Positions 1 through 11,000 of a DNA stretch of 64,000 nucleotides are shown in pieces. Location of the stretch: IMG/VR virus record IMGVR_UViG_3300023109_000019. One strand, 5' to 3'. The position numbers and the translations under genes are program-made. Positions within the stretch are counted from its first letter, which is position 1. Each line of letters begins with the position of its first letter. The stretch comes from an uncultured virus (IMG/VR IMGVR_UViG_3300023109_000019). Taxonomy: Duplodnaviria > Heunggongvirae > Uroviricota > Caudoviricetes. The notes below the pieces were generated by a model. That model worked only from the letters and a program-made list of their open reading frames with translations. It did not search any database and was not told the DNA's origin.

Positions 1-3000
1 CCTTCGTATCCACTTCTTCCGCCACCGTCAACTTGTAATGAACCAAACGTTCCTGTAGGTTCACTTAATACAACAGCATTACCATCAAGAGTAATTGTAT
101 CCATTCTTGATGAGCCATTCGGATTTACATAATATGCAGAGTTATCTGCATCATACAATATTGGTGTATGAATATTTGTATCAACTTTTAGAGTACCAAA
201 TATTTGAGACTTAAATGAGTTTCCTGTGTATGATCCCCATCTTTGAACTGCTGCCCAGTTTCCAGTACCAACTGTTTCTGATAGGTAAATTGGAACACCA
301 CCACCATGATCCATTTTATGGAATTTATGAGCCCAAGTATTACTGTTGTAATTACCTCGCATCATAAGACCGTTAGTACTTGCGTTAGCACCGCCCGGAC
401 CTTCGTTACCAACATTGATGTTCATAAACTGTTGATAAGAAGTACTTGCTGGGTCAGCGTAATATGTATTATCGTTTGAATCATAGTAACGAGCAAAGTA
501 AGCATTATTACCAGTTACATTACCTGTGAAACTACCTTGCTGAGCATATAAGCCATCCCAACGATAAGTAGATAAACCTAAGTTACCTGAATTAGTAACT
601 CTTGGTATAATATCACCACCTGATGCTCCGTTATTTTCACCGAAGACATAATGAGTAGATCCACCTTCCGTAGATTCAAACGCCATTGCCAAATTAGCAC
701 CTGACGTATATGAACCATCAGCATGCCAAACTTTAATAGAGGCTTGTTGTAATCCACTTAATCCTGGTGTTTCAGTTGAACCTTGGTCGGTCATTGTAAT
801 ACCAACACCGCCGGCATTGGTATCTTTTTGTAATTCTATTCCTGTGCCCCAAACCTCAAGCTTACGTCTTACTCTTACTCGGTTTGCATCTACTCTAAAT
901 CTTTCAACACCATTTGTATCAATCTTAACTGCATCGGCACCTGGGAATCCAATTAAAGTATTTGTATCACCACGATGTCTGATATAATCGTCAAGATCAA
1001 TACGATTCATTTGCGATGTGCCATCAGGATCTACATAGTATGCTGTATTCTGATATGAATAGAATCTATTGAACCAAGCATCACCAGTTGAATAAACGGT
1101 TTTATTATTTCTGATACGGAGGTATGTAGCATCTGTCATATACAGACCGCCACCCCAACCAAATCCTATTTCCTCGTCCTTCATAAAGGAAGAAGTACCA
1201 CGACCAAATACAATTGCATCATCATTACCTGCTAATTGTATTGAACCGCCAACATGTAATCTGTTAGTAGTGGCCGCACCGACTAAAGGCGTGTTATCCA
1301 TTACGGTATAAGCTGGAGCAGTAGAGTTCGCAACCATAACATTTAAGTTATCATCTACGATTAATGCTTCACTAAACCCAGATGTCCAGAATCCCCAATT
1401 AGTTCCTGACTGCAATACGTTGTACATATTACCTGAACTATCACCACGTATTGTAGCACCGCCTGATGCGCCGTCAGCTCTAAACTCAATATATCTGTTT
1501 CCAGAATTAACTGGATTTGATGATGGGTCAATCCTATTAAGATACATAAGAGCGTAAGTACCATCATAATCTCCACTAATGGCTACCGTAGTACTATTAC
1601 CACCTTCGTCTCCATCAGTTACAAGAGCAATACCGCCTGTTCCTGAACTATCACTCCATCTTGAATTGTTTGTTATGGTTCCAACTCTTACAGCACCATT
1701 TAAAGTTGCCGATAAAGATGCATCTCCAGGATTTAAGAAATAACCAGTTGACTGTCTATCAACAAATCTATCTGCTTGAACATCGCCTTGAACAGTAACA
1801 GGTTGATAGAATGTGGATAAGGCATTTGTAATATTTAATCTTTCAACTGCGTTTGTACCAAACGTAATACTATCAGCAGCATCAAAGCCCATGTAGGTAT
1901 TTGTATCACCACGATGGCGAATATAACTATCAATATCAATTTGTGACATTTGCGAAGTGCCAGCAAAGTTACCGTAGTATGCTGTATTATCTGAATCATA
2001 AAAGAGTGGTGAACGAGCTGATCCACTCATTGTTGTAAACGTTGTTACTCTTACTCTTTGAACTCCGCCTGTGACAATTTCAAAACTGTCGGCTGCGTTA
2101 AAGTTCAAGTAAGTATTTGTATCGCCATCATGGAAGATAGTACCAACAAGACCAATACCAGACATTCTTGAATTGCCTGCCGGATTGGCATAGTATGTTG
2201 CGTTATTTAAATCGTAGAAGGCACTTGCATATACATTCGGGAATATTGCGTCAACGGTACCTGTAATATTAGTTCCATTAATTTCTAATCTTTCAGTTCC
2301 TGATGTTGTAACAATTACGTTATCGTCAGAATCAAAACCAAAGAATGTATTTGTATCACCGTTATGTTGAATGTAATCATTAATACCAATACGATTCATT
2401 ACTGATGTTGAAGCAGGATCCGCATAATAAGTATTGTCATCAGCATCAGTAAATCTTGAGGCTGATAGATCACCACTGAACGTACCGTTTACCGCTGTAA
2501 GATCACCACTAATATCAATATCACCTGTAATATCAACACCGTCGTTATCAACACCTAATCTTTCAGATCCACCAGTTTGTAAACTAATGTCATCAGTAGT
2601 AAATTGTAATTTGGTATCAGTATCACCGTTATGGTATAAATCATCGTCAATACCAATTGCATGCATTATTGAATCAGAGGCAGGATTTACAACGTATGAA
2701 TTATTATCTGCATCTACAAATCGTTTACCGATTACATCAGTGCCTGCGGTTACAGTTGTTCCTGCTGATACTGTTGTTGCTGCACTTACTGAACCAGCAG
2801 TTGCCGATATATTACCTGCAGTTGCCGTTACGTCTTGGGCAGCAATTACATCATCACCTGCGATAACATCTCCTGCAGTTGCTGTGACATTACCTGTTGT
2901 TGCCGTAACATTGTCTTGGGCAACTACGTCTCCTGCACTTGCGGTAACGTCTCCTGTTGTTGCTGTGACATTGTTTTGAGCAACTACATCGCCTGCGCTT

Positions 3001-4523
3001 GCAGTAACGTTTCCTGTTGTTGCTGTAACACCTGTTCCACCAGTTACGGTTGTTCCTGCTGCAACTGAACCTAAGGTTGCTGCGATGTTTCCTGCTGATG
3101 CTGTAATATCACCGGCAGTTGCTGTTATGTCATCACCAGCAATAACATCATCACCTGCGATTACATCGCCTGCGGTTGCTGTTACATTGCCTGTCGTTGC
3201 GGTTACGCCTGTTCCACCTGTTACTGTTGTTCCTGCTGTAACAGTAGTAGCTGCACTTACTGAACCGGCCGAAGCTGAAATATTACCAGTAGTTGCTGTG
3301 ATATCATCTTCTGCAACTACGTTTCGATCTGCTGTTACATCACGCCCAGCTTCAACATCTCGAACAACAATAAAGTCGCCATCTGCATCAGAACTTGCTG
3401 CATAGTTACCACCTGCACCAAGGAATCCAATTACGCCGCTATCTGAGTATACTGTTCGTGATTGTCCACTACCGTTAAGAATAAGTTGAGCAGCTGCAGT
3501 ACCATCTCCTACAGTAAGACTGCCTTCTATTATAATATTACCTGTAGCAGTATCATTTGCATCGCTGCGTAAGAATTGAGCAGCTTCTAGGCCATCTACC
3601 GTATCAGCATCAAATCCATTTCCTGGACCTTCATCTGCTGTTGTAATAACTCTACCAAGAACTGCATTATTAACTTCTAACTGCCACCAATCGTTTGTTT
3701 CATTCCAAACAAGTTTTGGATTTTGTAATGTACCACGCTCAATTTCAATACCTGCATTCTCTGAAGGAGTAGAACCTGTATAGTTTGCGTTGAGTGTAAT
3801 AATATTATCAGAAAGTAGAATCTCTTCTGTATTTACATAGGTAGTATTACCAGAAACTGTAAAGTCTCCAGCAACTGTTAGATCACCTGCTACTTGAGCA
3901 TTTGCTTGTGCATCAAGTAGGGATTTAATAACTGCTGAACCATCAACCGTTAAATTAACATCAACCTGTGCAGAACCTTCAACATCAATATTTTGTGAGA
4001 AAGTAATATTGCCTGCAGCAGTATCGTCTACATCTGATCTTAAGAATTGACTTGCTTCTAATCCATCAACTGTATCTGCATCAAGGTTATTACCTGAACC
4101 TTCATCTGCAGTCGTAAGTATACGATTATTATTAATTGTCGTTGTAGCAAGACCTGTAAAATCAACTCCTGTAGATGTAAAGGCTGCTATTTCAGTTCCT
4201 GCATAATTAATAACAATACCAGCAGCGCCATCATAAAAATTAATGGAGTTATCTTGCTGAGGATTTGTTATTTTATAATCGCCTGCGCTGATGTTGCGAA
4301 TCTGGAGTGAATCAGAATCACCTTCAAATTGTGCGACGATTGTAGACGCGGAATGTCCACCGGAATTTGTAACTTTTAAAGTCGGAGTGGCCTGAGTACT
4401 CTGTGTTAGTACTGTATCACCTGTGACCTGGAGTTTTTCACCAGTATCAGTAGTACTGCCTATGACAGCATTTTCAGGGGTCAAGAGACCGTTCTTGACT
4501 ATAAATTTCTTATCATTTGCCAT
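1..4523 (-). CDS. Long tail fibre / virion fibre protein, 3' end truncated by window edge (>1500 aa); absent from the ORF track
   Basis: ATG at 4523-4521 after GGGGAGAG; starts MANDKKFIVKNGLLTPENAVIG; the same frame reads ...EPTGTFGSLQVDGGGRSGYEG at the window edge; contains LDADTVDG motifs, VTATTGNVTA repeats and about 80-aa YYxDPxxTS...HxGDTNT repeats. Segments were translated by eye, not every codon. Confidence 0.88.
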   Translation of the reverse strand, partial: MANDKKFIVKNGLLTPENAVIGSTTDTGEKLQVTGDTVLTQSTQATPTLKVTNSGGHSASTIVAQFEGDSDSLQIRNISAGDYKITNPQQDNSINFYDGAAGIVINYAGTEIAAFTSTGVDFTGLATTTINNNRILTTADEGSGNNLDADTVDGLEASQFLRSDVDDTAAGNITFSQNIDVEGSAQVDVNLTVDGSAVIKSLLDAQANAQVAGDLTVAGDFTVSGNTTYVNTEEILLSDNIITLNANYTGSTPSENAGIEIERGTLQNPKLVWNETNDWWQLEVNNAVLGRVITTADEGPGNGFDADTVDGLEAAQFLRSDANDTATGNIIIEGSLTVGDGTAAAQLILNGSGQSRTVYSDSGVIGFLGAGGNYAASSDADGDFIVVRDVEAGRDVTADRNVVAEDDITATTGNISASAGSVSAATTVTAGTTVTGGTGVTATTGNVTATAGDVIAGDDVIAGDDITATAGDITASAGNIAATLGSVAAGTTVTGGTGVTATTGNVTASAGDVVAQNNVTATTGDVTASAGDVVAQDNVTATTGNVTATAGDVIAGDDVIAAQDVTATAGNISATAGSVSAATTVSAGTTVTAGTDVIGKRFVDADNNSYVVNPASDSIMHAIGIDDDLYHNGDTDTKLQFTTDDISLQTGGSERLGVDNDGVDITGDIDISGDLTAVNGTFSGDLSASRFTDADDNTYYADPASTSVMNRIGINDYIQHNGDTNTFFGFDSDDNVIVTTSGTERLEINGTNITGTVDAIFPNVYASAFYDLNNATYYANPAGNSRMSGIGLVGTIFHDGDTNTYLNFNAADSFEIVTGGVQRVRVTTFTTMSGSARSPLFYDSDNTAYYGNFAGTSQMSQIDIDSYIRHRGDTNTYMGFDAADSITFGTNAVERLNITNALSTFYQPVTVQGDVQADRFVDRQSTGYFLNPGDASLSATLNGAVRVGTITNNSRWSDSSGTGGIALVTDGDEGGNSTTVAISGDYDGTYALMYLNRIDPSSNPVNSGNRYIEFRADGASGGATIRGDSSGNMYNVLQSGTNWGFWTSGFSEALIVDDNLNVMVANSTAPAYTVMDNTPLVGAATTNRLHVGGSIQLAGNDDAIVFGRGTSSFMKDEEIGFGWGGGLYMTDATYLRIRNNKTVYSTGDAWFNRFYSYQNTAYYVDPDGTSQMNRIDLDDYIRHRGDTNTLIGFPGADAVKIDTNGVERFRVDANRVRVRRKLEVWGTGIELQKDTNAGGVGITMTDQGSTETPGLSGLQQASIKVWHADGSYTSGANLAMAFESTEGGSTHYVFGENNGASGGDIIPRVTNSGNLGLSTYRWDGLYAQQGSFTGNVTGNNAYFARYYDSNDNTYYADPASTSYQQFMNINVGNEGPGGANASTNGLMMRGNYNSNTWAHKFHKMDHGGGVPIYLSETVGTGNWAAVQRWGSYTGNSFKSQIFGTLKVDTNIHTPILYDADNSAYYVNPNGSSRMDTITLDGNAVVLSEPTGTFGSLQVDGGGRSGYE
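2740..3370 (-). repeat. Hexa/heptapeptide tandem repeats (VTATTGN / VIAGDD), probable beta-helical fibre shaft
   Basis: Translation: DVEAGRDVTADRNVVAEDDITATTGNISASAGSVSAATTVTAGTTVTGGTGVTATTGNVTATAGDVIAGDD... Confidence 0.8.
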
Positions 4524-4573
4524 TCGGTTCACTCTCCCCAGATCGGCGGTTTAAATTATTCAATGTATACTTT

Positions 4574-4581
4574 TATTTATT
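4574..4581 (-). promoter_or_regulatory. T4-type late promoter variant (AATAAATA)
   Basis: One mismatch to TATAAATA, about 50 nt upstream of the fibre gene start. Confidence 0.5.
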
Positions 4582-7500
4582 AATCTTTTATTAGTGTAGC
4601 AGAAATATTATATGTTGTAGAGTTAGAACTTACGGCAGTTGCATTAACTATAACGTTTCCTCCTGATAAACTTACATCATACGTTGCTAAACTTGTGTTT
4701 GTATAAATTGTTGCGAACTCAGTTGCATATGCAGTTGAGCCATCATGTACTATTAATAATTTTGTTATGTGTCTGTCAGACCCATCCGTTGCTGTAATAA
4801 TCAATTCACCACTATTATAAGTAGTTTCACTAAATTGATATATCGTAGAAGGGAATGGGAAACTTGTTGAAGAAGTATCAGAAGTTAGATCTACTTCATC
4901 AAGTATAATTTTATCTGCGGTTAAATTAGGAACAGTCAAATCACCGGTCATCGTATCACCGGTTACATTAACATATCTTGCATCAGCAATTGCGATTGTT
5001 AATACCGCAAGATTACCTGTAGTAAATCCAGTTGTATGTCCAAACTCATCAAAGGTTAAACTTTCAATAACCTCGGCATTAACTAAATCCAATGCTCCGG
5101 TATTCGCAACGCTTGAAGTATCACCGTGAGTTAGTGTAACATCACCACTTAATGCTCCACCACCTGCTAATCCAGTTCCACCCAATACACTTTGGGTTTT
5201 ATCAACTTTAAGAGCTAATGCAGTATTAACTTCAGTTTCAGTAAAGTATCTATTATCAAGTTGTCCTGCATCTAATTCTGTTTCTGTATAATATCTACTA
5301 TCAAGTTCACCATTAGTTAATTCAGTTTCAGTAAAGTAACGATTATCAAGTTGGCCTGCATCTAATTCTGTTTCTGTGTAATAACGATTGTCTAATTGGC
5401 CTGCATCTAATTCTGTTTCGGTATAATATCTATTGTCTAATTGACCTGCATCTAATTCTGTTTCTGTATAATAACGATCATCAAAATCAACTTGATCTAA
5501 ACCAGTCACATGACCGTAAGTATCGAGAACTACATCTTGTATTACTTGCCCGCCACTTCCTACTACACTTACTTGAGTACTTGTGTCAGCATGATTAATT
5601 GTAATTGAACTATTGGCTTGTTGGTTGACGGTAAATGTTCCGCCACCGTCAATCGCATTTCCTGCTGTAACTGTAATTGTTGCATCGTGAATTCCACCTG
5701 CGGCTGCGGCAGTAGCAGATGCAATAATATCTGAGGCATGCTGTCCGTCAAGTAGATCTGCATCAAGTCCTGAACCTGTACCGTCTACTGTTTTGATTGC
5801 CGTTAATATTTCGGCGGCAGTTTGATCCGCGGTTGCACTAGCTTCTATAAGATCAAGTTTAGCACCATCGGTTGAAACATCACGCCCATCAACCGTACCT
5901 GAGATTGTAATGTTGCCATTAATATCAAGTTCATTAAACTGATGTATGTCTGCATTAAATACAGAACCATCGTTTGTTGTTAATTGTAATGTTGTATTAG
6001 CGTTATGCCATTCAAGATCTGATACACCAAGTACTGCTGCAGTTGATGCTGCTGTGATACGACCATCTTCGTCAACTGTTAAGACAGGAATTGCGGAAGA
6101 ACCACCATAAGATCCTGCCGTAACCGCGGTATTAGCAAGTTCCGCAGTAATATTGATTGTTCCATTACCTAAGTCGGTAAGTGTTGTAGTACCTGTACCA
6201 GTGACCTTACCGGTTATTGCTACATCAATCTGTGGGTCCGGAAGGTTTGTCGCGTTTGACAAATCAAGGTAATAAGTACCTTCTTGGCCGTCAAGCAAAT
6301 CTGCATCAAATCCATTTCCTGAACCTTGAACAATTCCATCAAGCTTTGTTCCATCGGTAGCAAGATCTCGTCCATCAACTGTACCTGTGACAGTAATGTT
6401 TCCTGTAACATCAATACCTGCACCAAAGTCAACGTTAGCATCAAAGGCTGATATGATGGTGTTATATGAAGAACCATCACCTGTATTGATTTGAAATGTG
6501 TTGTTTGCGTTGTACCATTGGGTACTTCCAATGCCAGCTACAGAGGCCGTGGTGACGGACGTAAGACGACCATCAGCAGCAACAGTTATAATTGGAATAG
6601 AAGTTGCACCACCATAACTTGCGGCAGTAACTCCTGAAGCAGCGATATCAGTTGTTATAGATCCGCTTGCTAAATCAGTTAAAGTAACAGAACCAGTAAC
6701 ATCACCTGTTAAAGTAATCGTTGGGTCAGGTTTGTTTGTTGCGTTTGTAAAGTCAATATAAAAATCACTATTTGCTCCATCAAGCAAATCAGCATCTATA
6801 CCAGAGAACTCTCCATCATTGTTTAAAATGATTTCAACAATTTCTGTGTTACTTAAAATGTATGGTGTGTTTGTAAAATTATCGTAATCTAAATAATAAG
6901 TACCTTCTTGTCCGTCTAATAGATCTGCGTCAAGATTTGTACCTGTTCCATCTACTGTAATTAATTCTGCGAGTATTTCCGCGGCTGTCATATCAGCGGT
7001 TGCTGCAGCTTCTATATTATCGAGCTTAGTTCCATCGGCAGCAACATCACGACCATCAACAGTTCCACTAACTGTTATATCACCAGTAACACCTAAATCT
7101 GTAAATTGATTTATGACAGCGTTAAATGTACTGCCATCAACTGTTGAAATTTGGAATGTGTTATTTGCTACGTACCAAGCAGTATCTGAAACACCTGCGA
7201 CTGAAACATTGGCAGCTGCAGTTAATCGGCCATCTTCATCAACTGTAAAAGTTGGTATGAGAGAAGCTGAACCATAGGACCCTGCGGTAACTGCTGTATT
7301 TGCGAGTTCAGTTGTAATGGAAATTGAGCCATCACCAAGGTCTGTCAAGGTGGTCGTCCCTGACCCTGTTACCTTTCCTGTTAAACCGACATCAATTTGT
7401 GGATCAGGTTTGTTCGTTGTATTTGTAAAATCTAAATAGTAAGAACCTTCTTGACCATCTAATAAGTCGGAATCGAACCCGCTGCCCGCACCTGCATCAC

Positions 7501-8029
7501 CGGTTGTAATAATACGACCTGCAGTTCCACCTGAAGCAATTTCCCAATAATCATTTGCTTCATTCCATTGTAGAACTACATTTGAATCTGTTCCTCTTTC
7601 AATCTCAAGACCTGCATTCTGACTTGCAGTACCTGTATGATTAGCATTAAGAGTAATAATGTTATCGGATAACTGAATAGTTTCCGTATTGACATATGTG
7701 GTGTTTCCTGATACAGTAAGATTACCTTGAACGACAAGGCTTCCTGCCATTGTATCATCTTGATCTGATCTTAGGAATTGGTCGGAATTTAATCCGTCTA
7801 ATAAATCTGCATCGAGGCCTGAGCCTGCTCCGTCAACTGTTTTAAGTAAAGTAAGGAGATCGTCTGGGCTGGCACTAAACTCAATAATGGATTCTGTTCC
7901 ACTATCATCTCGTTTAATGTAGATTTTACCGTCGGCTGTGTTGATCGCAAGTTCACCTAACTCCAATTGAGAGGTAGTCGGAACTCGACCTGCTACGGCA
8001 CTTCTTCTTAACTTAATTAACGTTGACAT
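4580..8029 (-). CDS. Tail fibre-like virion protein (1149 aa)
   Basis: N-terminal IKLRRSAVAGRVPTTSQLELGELAINTADGKIY resembles Mtd-N/hyaluronidase-type fibre starts; six (L/F/I)D(A/S)DLLDG motifs; three long internal repeats; 15-aa tandem repeats. Confidence 0.75.
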   Translation of the reverse strand: MSTLIKLRRSAVAGRVPTTSQLELGELAINTADGKIYIKRDDSGTESIIEFSASPDDLLTLLKTVDGAGSGLDADLLDGLNSDQFLRSDQDDTMAGSLVVQGNLTVSGNTTYVNTETIQLSDNIITLNANHTGTASQNAGLEIERGTDSNVVLQWNEANDYWEIASGGTAGRIITTGDAGAGSGFDSDLLDGQEGSYYLDFTNTTNKPDPQIDVGLTGKVTGSGTTTLTDLGDGSISITTELANTAVTAGSYGSASLIPTFTVDEDGRLTAAANVSVAGVSDTAWYVANNTFQISTVDGSTFNAVINQFTDLGVTGDITVSGTVDGRDVAADGTKLDNIEAAATADMTAAEILAELITVDGTGTNLDADLLDGQEGTYYLDYDNFTNTPYILSNTEIVEIILNNDGEFSGIDADLLDGANSDFYIDFTNATNKPDPTITLTGDVTGSVTLTDLASGSITTDIAASGVTAASYGGATSIPIITVAADGRLTSVTTASVAGIGSTQWYNANNTFQINTGDGSSYNTIISAFDANVDFGAGIDVTGNITVTGTVDGRDLATDGTKLDGIVQGSGNGFDADLLDGQEGTYYLDLSNATNLPDPQIDVAITGKVTGTGTTTLTDLGNGTINITAELANTAVTAGSYGGSSAIPVLTVDEDGRITAASTAAVLGVSDLEWHNANTTLQLTTNDGSVFNADIHQFNELDINGNITISGTVDGRDVSTDGAKLDLIEASATADQTAAEILTAIKTVDGTGSGLDADLLDGQHASDIIASATAAAAGGIHDATITVTAGNAIDGGGTFTVNQQANSSITINHADTSTQVSVVGSGGQVIQDVVLDTYGHVTGLDQVDFDDRYYTETELDAGQLDNRYYTETELDAGQLDNRYYTETELDAGQLDNRYFTETELTNGELDSRYYTETELDAGQLDNRYFTETEVNTALALKVDKTQSVLGGTGLAGGGALSGDVTLTHGDTSSVANTGALDLVNAEVIESLTFDEFGHTTGFTTGNLAVLTIAIADARYVNVTGDTMTGDLTVPNLTADKIILDEVDLTSDTSSTSFPFPSTIYQFSETTYNSGELIITATDGSDRHITKLLIVHDGSTAYATEFATIYTNTSLATYDVSLSGGNVIVNATAVSSNSTTYNISATLIKD
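5231..5482 (-). repeat. 45-bp coding tandem repeat (RY(Y/F)TETELDAGQLDN, about 5.5 copies)
   Basis: Repeated tctaattctgtttc...cctgca units visible in both DNA and protein. Confidence 0.9.
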
Positions 8030-8066
8030 ATATATGTCCTTATATCATATACCTATTTAGGCAGAT

Positions 8067-11000
8067 TTAAAAGGTGCCTCCATCTAATGTTGTAATTGCT
8101 ACATCACCGCTTGTTACGGTAAAGTTTGCGATATTGAACGAAGCAACACCAATATTGGTATCGGATGCCAATTCACCAGCAATTGTTATTTGGTTATTAC
8201 TAACCGTTGTATTAATGCCTTCGCCTGCGGCAAAGATGATTGTCTCACCTAATGCAACTACATCTGTAGTTCCGGTCTCTGCTGATATAGAAATACCACC
8301 AGTTGTTAGGTTTGAAACTGCATTATCTAAAAATTGTTTATTAACTGCATCTAAACTATTGACAGGATCTAACAAACCTGTTATAATAGAGTTATCAACA
8401 CTAATACTACTACTGGATGAAGATAATGTCAATCCACCTGATGTAGTAGATAAATTGTTGTTCGCAAGTTTGGTGTTTGCACCAACAAGTATATGTTCAT
8501 CAACGTTTACATTAAGTAATCTTGAGTTTCCATCAGGATCCACCAAGTATGTATTATTTTCAGAATCAATAAATGATTGAGAATATACATCGCCATCAGT
8601 AACATACCAACTATCATCTATATTACTAAAGTACGTACCAAAGTTAAACGAACTACTTAAGAAACCAACCTGTCTGCCCGTAGCGTAAAAATACATACTA
8701 CCAGCATTTGTTCCCATGATAATCTGAGAAGCAGACTGATTATATCCAATATTTATATCTTTAAGTCTAGATGTTCCGTCGGGATCTATATAGAATGAGT
8801 TGTCATCTTTGGATGCGAATCTTGTTGCTCGTAATTCACCATTAGATGTATCACCACCTTCTGCATTAATATACCTTGCATCAAGATCAACGTAATTAAA
8901 GGAAGTAGTAATATCTACGTTAGAGTTATTCTGAACTGTTCCACTACCAGTGACAGCACCGTTAAGGGCAACATCAAACGGATTCGTATAGAAGTTTATT
9001 TTCTGATTTGGATTATCAGCAATAACTTGAATACCATTCTCAACGTTATTTCTAACCGCGTCTTCAAGAACACCGTAAATAGAAGGTACGAAGTCAACAA
9101 CCGCATTGGAAGAAACCGATAAAGGAATATTTACAATAGAACGAACACGTCCGTAAATATCAAACTCAAAGTTTGGTACCGTTCCTTCAACACCAGCTTC
9201 TCTTAAACCTGTAAATGAATCCCATACAGTATCCAAAGCAAAGGCAGTAACATTATTTCCTGAGTCGTAACTTTCAATTGTAAGACCAGTTCCAACTTCA
9301 AGACTTGGTGTATTCGTTGTATTGAATAAATCAAGAACATAAGTATTAGCACCTTTCGTTACATGGAAGTCTCTATCGAAAGTATTCTCTACATAAAACT
9401 TAGTAACTGCATCAGAATTGTTGACAGGCTCAGCTAAACCTGTTATAATTGTATTGCTAACATCGATTGTACCACCAACATCAAATACAAGATTTGCGGT
9501 ACCATCAGTTGAGATTGCTTGTTGGTTGTCAACCTTAAACGCAGTAACACCTGCGGTAACAAATGTTAGTTCATCGTTATCTGCACCAGGACTTGATTCT
9601 GCTTCAATAAAGGTATCTTGGTCAACGTCTTTGACTCCACCTAAACTTGCCCATGCATTTCCACTATAACCTTCAAATACTCCATCGCTTGTATTGAAAC
9701 GAACCATACCAGCAGCAAGAGCAGAAGGTCTCTCGGCAGCCGTACCAACAGGAACAGTGATTGCACCAGTTGCATCAATAACAACAATTTCAGTATCACT
9801 ATCAATTGTTCTTACGTGTAATGCTTTCCAATTTGACCCTGTAGCACCAAGGTCAAACATATTATCGGTTTGTGGTAATAGATCAGAAGTAAAGTCAGCG
9901 ACGACATTAATTGAATCTGTTACTTGATCACCAAGCGTTAGATTACCTGCGATTGTTACATCGCCTGTAAATGAACCATCTCCATCAACAACTAATGTTG
10001 TACCATCCCAAGTAAATCCTGCATCATCAGTTAATGCACCAGATGGACCTGCGACTACAACTCGATTATCTGTAAGAGATGATATTGATAATACATCGGT
10101 TGTTTGATTATATGTTAATCCTGCATCACCTTGTATTTGTCCATTTGCTCCTGCGACAAATACTTGACCCGCGGTTACTGTTTCAATTGTTGGAGCAACA
10201 ATAAATTGCGAAGTTGCATTAATCGTTAAATGCGCGCCGTCATATTGAACATTGTTATTTGAAGATAGAGCACCTGTATCAGTTACGAACATCATTGTGT
10301 TCGCTTCAAGGTTACCTACTGATAAACTATCACCTGATAAACCACCTGATGTACTAAAGTCACCATCAACAGAAATACCACCAACGATTGTTAAATTAGT
10401 ACCATCCCAAGAAAGGTTTGCTTGACCTTCTAATGTACCACCGGCTGAAGTATAAACAATTGAACCAGGAGCGATAGCAGAAACTGCAGCACTACCAAAT
10501 GTTGCTTTACCAGTATCAAAGTCAAATACGACCTCATCGTTAGGACCGTATTTTAAATCACCATCGGCTTCGAGCGACATTCTTTGAACGCCTGCCGTCT
10601 TGAATTTTAATTGATCGTTATCTGATCCAGGAGAATCTTCAGCAGTAATTAATGTATCTTTATCAACGTCTTTTACTGAACCTGCTAGTTCCGACCAACC
10701 TACACCGTCATAACCTTCAAATCTTTCGTCAGAACTGTTATAACGAATCATACCAACTTCGTTGTTAGCAGGACGATCTGCGGTTCCACCTACAGGTAAT
10801 ACAAATGCTCCTGTTTCATCAATTGAAACAACACCTGAAGAACTCTTTAATGAAGGGGTAAATATTCTACGCCATTCTTTGGTAGGAGTACCTAAACTAT
10901 ATGTATCGGAAGCATCAGGAATAAGATCAGAAGTAAAGTCGGCAACAACAGTAATCGTATCAACTTCATTATCACCTAGAGTAAGATTACCACCGATTGA

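Noticed and set aside
2434..3405. Plus-strand ORFs, including a Cys-rich 77-aa ORF resembling a metallothionein or RiPP
   Set aside because: Antisense shadows of the Thr/Ala repeat tract of the minus-strand fibre gene; ACA/GCA codons read as TGT/TGC on the other strand
5231..5482. Possible CRISPR-like array
   Set aside because: Contiguous in-frame 45-bp coding repeats with no unique spacers
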